From positions 1 to 36,531 of the forward strand of contig LIAM01000001.1 in assembly GCA_001438925.1 (NCBI GenBank): a stretch of DNA of 36,531 bases, given 5' to 3'. The notes beneath the pieces were generated by a model, which saw nothing but the letters and a program-made list of their open reading frames with translations, had not been told where the DNA came from and made no database searches. This document shows, piece after piece, positions 17,089 through 27,462 of this stretch (position 1 is its first letter; every line of letters starts with the position of its first letter). The stretch comes from Actinobacteria bacterium BACL15 MAG-120619-bin91. GTDB taxonomy: Bacteria > Actinomycetota > Actinomycetes > Nanopelagicales > Nanopelagicaceae. The position numbers and the translations under genes were made by a program.

Positions 17089-19006
17089 ACTTTGCTCCCT
17101 TCGAGTTCTTTACCTCCGCCTTGATCTGAATCTTTGTACCCTCGTAATCTAAGGGATCTACAAATACCGTGTACGGAGAGTTAGTGTCGGTTCCAAGAGA
17201 ACTCCATGGTTGGTCGGTAGATGTACGAACATAGAAGGTAACCTGTGCCAAATCCTTGGTTGTAACCGAGGCCTTAGTCTCGTAATAGCCGGTCAAGAAA
17301 TCTAACTTGGATGAGATTTTGCCAACCTTTACCTCTGTCTTATCAATCCTTTGATTTGCTTTGATTACAACTGTTGATAGCGCTGGAACTGTAATGGTGA
17401 CCTTCTCTGCTGCAGTCTTAATCGATGTCTTTCCCATCAGCAACTTCCAACCGCCCTTAGATGTTGCGGTGGGAATCGTAGCTTTGATCGCTTTGGTTGA
17501 GTTGTTAAAGGCAACAAGATATTCACGAGCTTCAGAATCATCCTTTTTGGAGACAGCAAGCAAATAATTCTTGGCGTAGCGGATCTGCATCGATGAGTTA
17601 GCTAACCCTGGATGTGATGCTCGTAACTTAGCCAACGCCTTTAAATGATTGGCGATCGGATGCTTATCGGTAATATCAAAGGAGTTACCTGTTCCAATTG
17701 GAGAAGAGCCGATTCTCTTCTCTGTCTTCCATATATTCACCTTTGTTGAAAACATATCCTGACGTGCCAATTGGTCACTACCTGAGTTAGTTCCTGTCAT
17801 TCCGACTTCATCACCGTAGTAAACAGATGGAATTCCTCTAGTCAGATACATCAGCGAGTGACCCAATAAGGTGCGCGGTAATAGCTCAGCTGCAGGATTT
17901 ATACGTTTAGATTCAATGATCTTTCCAGCACGACCCATATCGTGATTGCCAAGAAAGGTGACCATATTGGATGCGTTAGTGGTGGCGGTTATGTACAAAT
18001 CATCATAACTAAATAGATTTTCAACTGTAGCGGCATCTGAGTATCCAGATGCAAACTCCACCGCTGATCGCTGAAATGGAAAGTCAAGAACTGTTTGAAT
18101 CTTATTTCGTCGGATGTAGTTCATTAAATTAATTGGATTTACATCCCAGACCTCACCAAAAATTGTGAAGTTATCAATTCCAACTGATTGTGCCGCTGCA
18201 TTAATTTGAGGGGACCAATTCTTAAAAAAATTGTCATCTACATGCCGGGCGGTGTCGACTCGAAAGCCAGAGAAACCATAATCCTTAATCCACTGACCAA
18301 AGACATCAGCCCATCCGTTGTACACAACTGGTTTTTCAGTTGCTACATCATCTAAACCATAAAAGTCACCTAGTTGCGAACATGAACCCTCACCCCAGCA
18401 ATTACTGATGTCTCCTACGTTGTGATAATTACTCAGATCATTGAGCCAGACTGGATTCTTAGCGTTTACCAGATCCGCTGGGATAAATGCATCCTTTTCC
18501 TTGTACTGAATAACATCGCCTGTGTGGTTTGTAACAACATCTAAGATCAATTTGAGGCCCAACTTCTTTGCGCACTCTGAGAATTCGATCAAATCAGCTT
18601 TGGTACCTAAATGGGGATCTACATTGAGAAAATCAACCCCCCAGTAGCCGTGATATCCCGCGCCATTGGGGGTTGGCTTTTGTTGAACAACTAAGGGTGT
18701 AACCCAAACCGCGGTAAATCCAAGTTTCTTGATTCGAGCTAAGCCATTGTCCCCGGCAGAGCAGGTGCCTGTTAAACCTTTGAGATCCCCACCATGAAAA
18801 AAGGCGGTATCTGTTGGGTCATATCCTGCAAATCTGTCATTGCTGGTATCACCATTGAGATAACGGTCGGGAAAAACAAAGTAAATCAAATCCTTTGCTA
18901 GCCCTACCTGATCATTAGGTACAACAGGTGTTGCCGCTACCGATGAAGTAGCCAACACGATGCTTGCAATTACCGCGGTTATAAGGCGGAGTTTTTTATT
19001 GAGCAT
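17048..19006 (-). CDS. Secreted GH13 alpha-amylase with C-terminal beta-sandwich domains
   Basis: Signal peptide, GYHGYW, DVVTNH, GFRVDTARH, GEVW, FLGNHD. Confidence 0.92.
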   Translation of the reverse strand: MLNKKLRLITAVIASIVLATSSVAATPVVPNDQVGLAKDLIYFVFPDRYLNGDTSNDRFAGYDPTDTAFFHGGDLKGLTGTCSAGDNGLARIKKLGFTAVWVTPLVVQQKPTPNGAGYHGYWGVDFLNVDPHLGTKADLIEFSECAKKLGLKLILDVVTNHTGDVIQYKEKDAFIPADLVNAKNPVWLNDLSNYHNVGDISNCWGEGSCSQLGDFYGLDDVATEKPVVYNGWADVFGQWIKDYGFSGFRVDTARHVDDNFFKNWSPQINAAAQSVGIDNFTIFGEVWDVNPINLMNYIRRNKIQTVLDFPFQRSAVEFASGYSDAATVENLFSYDDLYITATTNASNMVTFLGNHDMGRAGKIIESKRINPAAELLPRTLLGHSLMYLTRGIPSVYYGDEVGMTGTNSGSDQLARQDMFSTKVNIWKTEKRIGSSPIGTGNSFDITDKHPIANHLKALAKLRASHPGLANSSMQIRYAKNYLLAVSKKDDSEAREYLVAFNNSTKAIKATIPTATSKGGWKLLMGKTSIKTAAEKVTITVPALSTVVIKANQRIDKTEVKVGKISSKLDFLTGYYETKASVTTKDLAQVTFYVRTSTDQPWSSLGTDTNSPYTVFVDPLDYEGTKIQIKAEVKNSKGAKYELPSTSVVIPAP

Positions 19007-19857
19007 TAGCCCTTGACCGAACCTGCTGTTAATCCACTAACGATGTACTTTTGTAAGGACAGGAAGATAATTACGATCGGAATTGAAGCAAGGATAGATC
19101 CTGCGGCAAATGGTCCCCAGTTTTGTGAGTACTGACCACCAATGAACTGTTGTAGACCGACCGCAACGGTTCTGCTTTCCATATCGACCAAGAACAAGCG
19201 AGCAAGAATAAACTCATTAAATGTTCCGATAAAGCTTAGTAGGGCAACAACGGCTAATACTGGTGCAGCAAGTGGAACAAAGATCAGCCAGAAAGTTTGT
19301 ACCTCTGATGCTCCATCAATCTTTGCCGCCTCATCTAACTCTGATGGAATTGAATCCACAAACCCTTTGAGCAACCAGATGTTTACGCCCATCGCGCCAC
19401 CAAGGTAAACCAACAAGAGTCCGGGTTGTGTACCCAAACCAATTTCAGGGGCAAATTTGTAAACCCGCTCCATGATGACGTAGACGGCGGAGATTGCCAG
19501 AATCGCTGGGAACATCTGCACAAGCAGTAAGAGTTGAATTCCCAGCTTGCGACCTTTGAATCTCAGGCGGCTAAAGGCAAAGGCTGATGCAGATCCAATC
19601 ACTACCGAAATAACCGCAACTGAGCCTGCGATAAGAAGTGAGTTCTTCACCCAAATAAGGTAAGGAATAGCTGGATCGTTAAAGAGTTTGTTGTAGTTTG
19701 CAAATGAAATTTCTTGAGGAATAAACGAGCTGAGCTGCAAGCTTCCGGATGAGCTAAAAGATGAAATAATCACTAAATACAAGGGAAATAAGGCAAAGAG
19801 GCAGATTGCAATGCCTACAAGGTGTCGCCACAGATCCTGCTTCAGCCACTTATTCAT
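19006..19857 (-). CDS. malG: Maltodextrin ABC transporter permease
   Basis: QMFPA.L, EAA motif ELDEAAKIDGA, WGPFAAG, GLTAGSVKG. Confidence 0.92.
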   Translation of the reverse strand: MNKWLKQDLWRHLVGIAICLFALFPLYLVIISSFSSSGSLQLSSFIPQEISFANYNKLFNDPAIPYLIWVKNSLLIAGSVAVISVVIGSASAFAFSRLRFKGRKLGIQLLLLVQMFPAILAISAVYVIMERVYKFAPEIGLGTQPGLLLVYLGGAMGVNIWLLKGFVDSIPSELDEAAKIDGASEVQTFWLIFVPLAAPVLAVVALLSFIGTFNEFILARLFLVDMESRTVAVGLQQFIGGQYSQNWGPFAAGSILASIPIVIIFLSLQKYIVSGLTAGSVKG

Positions 19858-21392
19858 GCAAAGCTCTCCAATACTTTTGACTTTTTCAAGCTGTACAGTG
19901 AAATTGAAGCTACGAGAATGAAGATGATCAGCGAGATAGCACTAGCTAATCCTAGATCTTGAGTACCAGAACCAAAAGCGATCTTGTAGGTGTAGCTAAT
20001 CAAAATATCTGTGGCACCAGCAATCTCACCATCAAGCTCATTTCGAGGACCACCGCCGGTGAGCAAGAAGATCAAGTTAAAGTTATTGAAGTTAAATGCA
20101 AAGGATGCAATAAGTAGCGGTGAGAGAATCTGAAGCAACAATGGCAATGTGATCTTTCGGAAGATCTGCCGTGGATTTGCTCCATCAATTGCAGCTGCCT
20201 CCATCAATTCGCTAGGTATTGCTTGTAAAGATCCGCTCGAGATTAAGTAGAAGTATGGGAAGCCCAGCCACAAGTTGACTAAGATAACTGCAACACGTGC
20301 AAAGTTAGGATCGGAAAACCAGGCGATATCGGTGCCGAGTAAGGCGTTAATGGCACCAAACTCGGTATTAAACATTCCGCCCCAAATCAAAATACTCATT
20401 ACACTTGGCATCGCATATGGCAATACCAAAATTGACCGATAGATACGTCGACCACGAATAGCTTTGTTAAGTGCTAGGGCAAGCAAAAGTCCTAATGCAA
20501 AGGTAGTTAATACCGTTAACAGTGCGAAAACTACCGTCCATATAAATACACGAATGAGCGGTTCTCGAACTCTAGGATCTGTAACAATATTTGAGTAGTT
20601 TTCAAACCAAATCGGTGCTCGCCACCCTGGCTCAAGAATTGCACCTTGGTCATCTGCAAGAGCGTAATTACCACGCCCATTGTCGGTATAAACATCGCCG
20701 GTCAATAGATTCCTAAATTGATCAGATTCAGGGACAAACTCCAGAACCTGTTGAGAAACCACGCCTGCTTCAAAACCCTCAAGCGCGATAAAGAACTGGT
20801 CATCAAATACAAAGCGAGCACCGGTATATATCTTGTCTGCGGAGGCAAACTCGGTTTCATTGAGTGGTATGAAATTTGGAGCCACTATCGCTACGCCATA
20901 CTCATTGAAAGTTAAGGAAGAGGCTACAAGTGGAGTACGGCCTTCAAGGGTGGAGAGAAAGTACTCAGATGTATTGATATCTGATGCCAAGATAGCTGGC
21001 TTTCCATCAACTGTACCTAATTTAATATCAAATGAGAGTCCAGATGGCGCTGGTTCAATTCCGCGCACCTTGATCTGAACAATTGCTTCCTCTTTTGAAA
21101 TGATGTTTCCGGTTTTGTAGTTGAAGCCAGACATTGCAACGGTGTACAAAATTGGACCGATAACAAAGGCGGTCAGTAAGAGAATGCCAGGTATAAAAAA
21201 TTTAAGAGGAATAGAGATTTTACTTAAGTAAGTCAGGGCCAATATGGCAACTGAGATAGCTAAGAAAGCTGCGATGACATACTCGCGTTGAGCAAAGGCG
21301 CTCTGCGCTAGGAGTAATAAAACCGAAGCCAACAGGGCCACAACAACAACTTTAATTAAGAGGGCAACCTTGCCTCTTATTAAGTAAGTCAT
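19854..21392 (-). CDS. malF: Maltodextrin ABC transporter permease with large extracytoplasmic loop
   Basis: LVNLWLGFPY, EAAAIDGA, FAFNFNNF, G.TDILISYTYK.AF. Confidence 0.92.
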   Translation of the reverse strand: MTYLIRGKVALLIKVVVVALLASVLLLLAQSAFAQREYVIAAFLAISVAILALTYLSKISIPLKFFIPGILLLTAFVIGPILYTVAMSGFNYKTGNIISKEEAIVQIKVRGIEPAPSGLSFDIKLGTVDGKPAILASDINTSEYFLSTLEGRTPLVASSLTFNEYGVAIVAPNFIPLNETEFASADKIYTGARFVFDDQFFIALEGFEAGVVSQQVLEFVPESDQFRNLLTGDVYTDNGRGNYALADDQGAILEPGWRAPIWFENYSNIVTDPRVREPLIRVFIWTVVFALLTVLTTFALGLLLALALNKAIRGRRIYRSILVLPYAMPSVMSILIWGGMFNTEFGAINALLGTDIAWFSDPNFARVAVILVNLWLGFPYFYLISSGSLQAIPSELMEAAAIDGANPRQIFRKITLPLLLQILSPLLIASFAFNFNNFNLIFLLTGGGPRNELDGEIAGATDILISYTYKIAFGSGTQDLGLASAISLIIFILVASISLYSLKKSKVLESFA

Positions 21393-21432
21393 GAAGTAGT
21401 CCTAACCATGATTGTTATATAAGTGGAAATGA

Positions 21433-21462
21433 GTGATGCGGGCGGAAATCCGCCCGCATCAC
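21433..21462 (-). terminator. Intercistronic stem-loop between malE and malF
   Basis: Perfect 13-bp stem GTGATGCGGGCGG/CCGCCCGCATCAC with a 4-nt loop and only a weak U tail. Confidence 0.8.
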
Positions 21463-21508
21463 CCCTCTAACGCCTTTAACTAGCTTTAATTTGAGAGACT
21501 CAAATTAA

Positions 21509-22768
21509 TTAGAGATCGCCCTTGCCACCATCTGTGTTTGCACGCCAGATAGCTGCAAGCTTTGATGCTTCACGAACTGCATCTTTGCCATCAATCAGAA
21601 CAGCTGTCCAGTAAGCAGGAGCTGAATCCCAGTAGTTTGCGCCACCCTTGTTGCTGTTTAGGAATGCGCCAATCTGTGGAATTCCAGCGAGCGAAGCCGA
21701 TGAACCGAATCCGCGCTGAGCTGCAGTCACTGTTGAGTCAGCTTGTGCACCCTTTTCAGCAGGTGGACGCTTCTCAATTGCCTGGTAACGAACCTGGCCA
21801 TCAGTTGATGCGAAGAAGTTAGTGAGAAGAGATTTTGCACCTGACTCAACACCATGCTTTGCAGCAAATGTTGTCAGTAGCGCACCGCTAACAGATCCAA
21901 ACATCTTTCCGTATGTTCCTTCGCGAACACCTGGAACTGGCATGAGGTTCATTGTGAAACCCTTTGCTACGTAATCTGCCCACTCCCAGTTACCGATAAC
22001 TGCGTATGGAACTGTTCCTGCAAGGAAGTTGTCCTTGCAACCTGTATCTGTTGCTGGGAAGAAGCCGTTGCTCTTCTTGCCATCCATGAGGTACTTACGA
22101 ACATTCTTACCAAATGTTGTTGCAGTAAATGAGCGTCCGTACACAATTCCACCACGTGAGTTGAATTTGTATGCATCTGCGCCAAGTGCTGAGAATACTG
22201 AGTGAGCTCCCCATGACATTCCGCCACCTGCGATACATAGACCAGCCTTCAAGCCCTTAGATGCCTTGAGAGACTTGTAGTTTGAAACCATCTCACCAAA
22301 ACTCTTCGGTGCAGATGAAACCAGCTTTGTGTTGTAGATCATTGCAACGTTGTTGATATCTACAGGAACTCCGTACAGCTTGCCCTTGTATGTAAGGTCA
22401 ACGAACTGTGTTGGGTTGAAGCGAGCCTTTACAGCTGCCGTTAATGTGATTGGCGCAAGCTTTCCGCTCTTAGCACCTGTTGGTACCCAGTCATTTCCGC
22501 CAACAACAATATCTGGGCCTGATGCATCAGTTGCCTTATCAAAGGCATCCTTAAGGGCATCAAAGCTTGAGAATGTAACTACCTTCACTGTGTAACCAGA
22601 AACCCAGTCACCCTTTGCTGCAATTACCTTTGTAAGGTTTGGCCCACGAGATTCATCTGCCCACACCACGATTTCTGTGGCTGCATTAGCACTTGGTGCT
22701 ACGAGAGTTGAAACCGCAAGCGCGATCGCTGCAAAAACACCAGCAAATCCATAACGCTTTGTCTTCAT
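21509..22768 (-). CDS. malE: Maltodextrin-binding protein
   Basis: IVVWAD, GPDI..G.NDW, YKGKLYGVP, IYN..LV..APK, IGNW; gene context. Start moved to ATG 22768, which follows GGAGG. Confidence 0.9.
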   Translation of the reverse strand: MKTKRYGFAGVFAAIALAVSTLVAPSANAATEIVVWADESRGPNLTKVIAAKGDWVSGYTVKVVTFSSFDALKDAFDKATDASGPDIVVGGNDWVPTGAKSGKLAPITLTAAVKARFNPTQFVDLTYKGKLYGVPVDINNVAMIYNTKLVSSAPKSFGEMVSNYKSLKASKGLKAGLCIAGGGMSWGAHSVFSALGADAYKFNSRGGIVYGRSFTATTFGKNVRKYLMDGKKSNGFFPATDTGCKDNFLAGTVPYAVIGNWEWADYVAKGFTMNLMPVPGVREGTYGKMFGSVSGALLTTFAAKHGVESGAKSLLTNFFASTDGQVRYQAIEKRPPAEKGAQADSTVTAAQRGFGSSASLAGIPQIGAFLNSNKGGANYWDSAPAYWTAVLIDGKDAVREASKLAAIWRANTDGGKGDL

Positions 22769-22982
22769 ATATATCCTCCATGGATGGAATTCGCGCACAC
22801 GAGGGTATGCGCTGTTGGGGTAATTCCACTCTTTTGGGCGTGAGTAAGCAAACTAAACACCTAGTTTTGTGCGGATTTGGCCGGTCATTTACCCGATTGT
22901 TATAAAGGTTGGCGGTTGCATAGCGCCTTGCAGTCCCGCCTGAAAACTCGCCCCGCGCCCCAAAGTGAGGTTCGATAGGGGT

Positions 22983-23647
22983 ATGGCTGAAGAGATCGTT
23001 ACCCGCGATGAGATCCGTGCGATGCGACGTTCCTATAGTGACGCGGGTTTAGAGACTCTTCCAGAAAATCCTTTTGAAGCTTTTGCAATGTGGTTAAAGG
23101 ATGCACATAAAAACACTGTGATTGTTGAAGCAAATGCGATGGTGCTTTCAACCGTCACGCAGATTCGCAGATTAATACTCGAACAGTTTTGTTAAAAGAT
23201 ATCTCAGCTGGTGGCTTTACATTCTTTACAAATTATCAGTCGCGTAAAGCACATGGAATTGATTTGAATCCCAATGTTTCATTACTCTTTCCTTGGTATG
23301 CAATGGAGCGACAGGTATCGATTAGTGGAGTTGCCGAAAAAGTTTCTGCTCAAGAGTCAGATGATTACTTTGCAACTAGACCATGGGGCTCTCAAATTGG
23401 GGCGTGGGCGAGTGCACAATCATCACACTTAGTATCACGTGAAGAGTTGGAGCAACGATTTCAAGGAGCTGCTCAAAAGTGGCCTGAAGGATCGGCCGTC
23501 CCACGGCCCCCACATTGGGGTGGCTACCGTGTTACACCTCTGAATATTGAGTTTTGGCAGGGTCGATACTCACGACTGCATGATCGATTGCGCTATGAGA
23601 GAAGCACCACTGCCGGTAATTGGGAACTCTCTCGCTACTACCCTTAG
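22983..23647 (+). pseudogene. pdxH: Pyridoxine/pyridoxamine 5'-phosphate oxidase, frameshifted near 23157 (real lesion or sequence error)
   Basis: Frame A: MRRSY…P.NPF..F..W…EANAMVLSTV. Frame B continues RTVLLK…F.FFTNY.SRK…SQIGAWAS.QS…P.HWGGY…EFWQGR.SRLHDR. Confidence 0.9.
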
Positions 23648-23653
23648 TCTTAG

Positions 23654-24768
<1,115 letters not shown>

Positions 24769-24769
<1 letters not shown>

Positions 24770-25926
24770 TGTCTAAGGGCTTTCACCGCGATCGTTTCTT
24801 CTGGGTAGTAGCGGTCCAAACCGCGATCGTTAACTTCTATCTAGGTGGCTTCGGGCCAGCACAATCCTTACTGCGTGCAGATCAGGGCACATCACTCACA
24901 ATTGCTGGATTGCACGGAACTGCAATGGGCGTGGCATCAATCTTTGCTGGCTGGGCCAACCCCCGCATCGCTCATAAGTATGGCCGCAATCGTGCCAGCT
25001 GGATCGGTTTAAGCATCTTCATTACAGGTCTTATCCTGTTTGTAATCTCACCTCCGGTGTTCATCACAATTCCTGCCACATTTATTACTGGTTTTGGAAC
25101 ATCTGTTGTCATCAACACCATGCTTACAAAAATGTCCTCGCACTACGGCAAAGCGGCAGAGGTTGCAATTCCGCAGGCCAATGGAATCGCATCAGTTGGC
25201 TTTGTCACCGGAACCGCACTTATTGGAACAATTGCGATCGCCTTTCCAAATTTGTGGCGTTTAGGGTTACTTCTTGCCATACCGGTCGCGCTGACACTCT
25301 TTTTCCTAGGTCGTGAAAAGGATGCAGAGGAACATGTTCCTGATGAGCATGGACCACAAGGTGGCAGGTTATCCCGCAAATTTTGGATCGCATGGTTTGG
25401 TTTTGTCGCGTGTATCTCAAGTGAGTTTGCAACATCATTCTGGGCTGCAGCGCTCCTGAAGGATCGGGTTGGATCGACCGCTGCGATCTCAACCGTTGCA
25501 ATTGTGGCCCTTGGTACCGGTATGGGAATTGGTCGTTGGTATGGTGGATTGGTATTGAAGCGTTTTGCCCTTGATACTCAACTGCAAGCCATCATTGCCT
25601 TACAGTTCTTTGGCTTCTTAGGTTTCTGGTTGTCACACAACATGGTCATTTCTTTACTGTGTCTATTAGTTGTCGGTCTTGGTATCTCAATGCAGTTTGC
25701 ACTCTCTTCAATCCGCTTAATTGGATTAAGTGATGGCCGTCCAGATTTAGCGATTGGAAGAGCCTCATTTGCAGCAGGTATTGCTATCGCTGGAGCCCCA
25801 TTTTTACTGGGTCTATTAGGAGATAGCTTTGGAATTTCCCGGGCTTACATCATGGTTTTTGTCTTGATTGGTATTGCTTTTATCATCGTGAAGGCGATTC
25901 CTTCTCCTGTGAAGGAATCGGTATGA
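24769..25926 (+). CDS. MFS transporter
   Basis: About 12 hydrophobic segments; TAATG overlap with serC fixes the start at 24769. Confidence 0.85.
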
Positions 25927-26003
25927 GCTATAAAACCAGACGATTAATTACCTTGCTAGCACTCATTGGAATTTTACTGGTGATTGCGATCAACAGTCTT
26001 TAG
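25923..26003 (+). CDS. Putative 26-aa single-TM small protein MSYKTRRLITLLALIGILLVIAINSL
   Basis: ATGA overlap with the MFS stop, GAAGGA upstream, basic N-terminus followed by a hydrophobic helix. Not in the ORF track. Confidence 0.55.
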   Translation: MSYKTRRLITLLALIGILLVIAINSL

Positions 26004-27248
26004 AACCGTTCCCACTGAAATATCGGTAGGTAGCCCAACACGGTTTTTGAAACGGAACCAGATAATCAGTGAGGCTAGTAAAGAGATTCCACCACAAATT
26101 ACAATCGTTGGTCGGATTCCGACCAGATCAGTTGTTGCTCCAATCAGCGGTGAACCAAATGGGGTTCCACCCATGAAAATCAAAAGATACAAACCCATGA
26201 CGCGACCGCGGATCGCAGGGTCTGTACTAGTTTGAACAATCGAATTTGCAGATACTAATGTTGTAAGAGCTGTGACACCACAGATTGGTAACCATAAAAT
26301 ATAAAGGCTATAGCTGGGAAGAAAGGCGAGAACCATAATGGAGATGGAAAAGGTGATTCCACCCTTGATGACAAACTTTGTATCTCTAAATCTTTCTAGT
26401 CGGGCAGAGCCAATGGCTCCAGTTAATGAACCAATGGCGATGAAGGTGCCCATCAAACCAAAACTTGCCGGCCCTAACCCAAACTCCTGTGTAGCCATAA
26501 GCGCATTAAAGATCTGAAAGTTCAAACCAAAGGTTGCTAGGAAGAAAACCATCAGCATTACGACGTAAATATCTGGTCTCGCCTTTGCATAAGCGATACC
26601 TTCTCTAATACTGCCATCTGATTTAGGTCGATCTAGATGGAAAAAAGCCTTCTCATTGAGCTTTATTAGCGCTGCGATCACAAACAAATAAGAGAAGCCA
26701 TTAACAATAAATGAGGGTCCTGTGCCAAAGGCTGCGATCAGACCACCTGAAATCGCAGGTCCTACAAGCCGTCCGGCGTTGAAATTAGCTGAGTTGAGAG
26801 AAACGGCATTAGGTAGATCAGACTGTCCCACAACCTCAGTTGTAAAGGCCTGGCGCACCGGTGCGTCAATCGCCGTTGAAATACCCAGGACTCCAGCTAA
26901 TACAAAGACATGCCACAGCGCGATCAGATCGGTTATTACTAATAAACCTAAAGCTAAAGAGGCTGCGCCACCGATGATATTGGTAAGAATTAAAACTTTT
27001 CTCTTGTTAAATCGATCGGCGAGTTTTCCACCATGTAATGAGAAAGCTAAAACTGGGGCAAATTGAACCGCGGTAACTAAACCTAGGTACGTTCCGTTGT
27101 TATTTGTAAGTTCTAGTACAAGCCAATCCTGTGCGATTCGCTGAGCCCAACTACCAATATTTGAAACCGTGTTGGCAGGAAAGAGGATTTGGTAATTTCG
27201 GTGGCGAAATGATCGCCAATTACCATCCTCTTTTACCGATAAACGCAT
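25974..27248 (-). CDS. MFS transporter (MFS_3/EntS-like)
   Basis: SNIGSW.Q..AQDWLVL, GGKLADRF.KR, D.PVRQAF, NAVSLNS..FN..RL.GPA, RGRVM. Confidence 0.9.
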   Translation of the reverse strand: MRLSVKEDGNWRSFRHRNYQILFPANTVSNIGSWAQRIAQDWLVLELTNNNGTYLGLVTAVQFAPVLAFSLHGGKLADRFNKRKVLILTNIIGGAASLALGLLVITDLIALWHVFVLAGVLGISTAIDAPVRQAFTTEVVGQSDLPNAVSLNSANFNAGRLVGPAISGGLIAAFGTGPSFIVNGFSYLFVIAALIKLNEKAFFHLDRPKSDGSIREGIAYAKARPDIYVVMLMVFFLATFGLNFQIFNALMATQEFGLGPASFGLMGTFIAIGSLTGAIGSARLERFRDTKFVIKGGITFSISIMVLAFLPSYSLYILWLPICGVTALTTLVSANSIVQTSTDPAIRGRVMGLYLLIFMGGTPFGSPLIGATTDLVGIRPTIVICGGISLLASLIIWFRFKNRVGLPTDISVGTVLKTVDRNHQ

Positions 27249-27260
27249 TACTCTTGCCCC

Positions 27261-27449
27261 ATGACTACTCGACTACGCAATACGGTAACTCTAGTCGGTC
27301 TTGGAACAGTTTGCTGGGCAGTAGCTGGTGTGATTGCGGTTGCAGCCAACGCAGATGCAAAAGTTATTTGGACCTGCGTAATGGGAGCAGGGTTAGGGTT
27401 AGTCGGTATTCGTTACACAATACGTCGTGACCGACGAAGTGGAATTTAG
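27261..27449 (+). CDS. Small two-TM membrane protein, DUF2530-like
   Basis: GT..W…WTC..G..LG..G pattern and basic tail; usual actinobacterial neighbour of DUF3027; TACTCT 6 nt before the ATG. Confidence 0.75.
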   Translation: MTTRLRNTVTLVGLGTVCWAVAGVIAVAANADAKVIWTCVMGAGLGLVGIRYTIRRDRRSGI

Positions 27450-27462
27450 TTAACCCTACTTT

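Noticed and set aside
19006-22768. ABC transporter missing its ATPase taken as a broken system
   Set aside because: Shared MsiK-type ATPases encoded elsewhere are the norm in Actinobacteria.
22983-23647. Programmed ribosomal frameshift in pdxH
   Set aside because: No slippery heptamer or homopolymer at the break point and no precedent that I know of.
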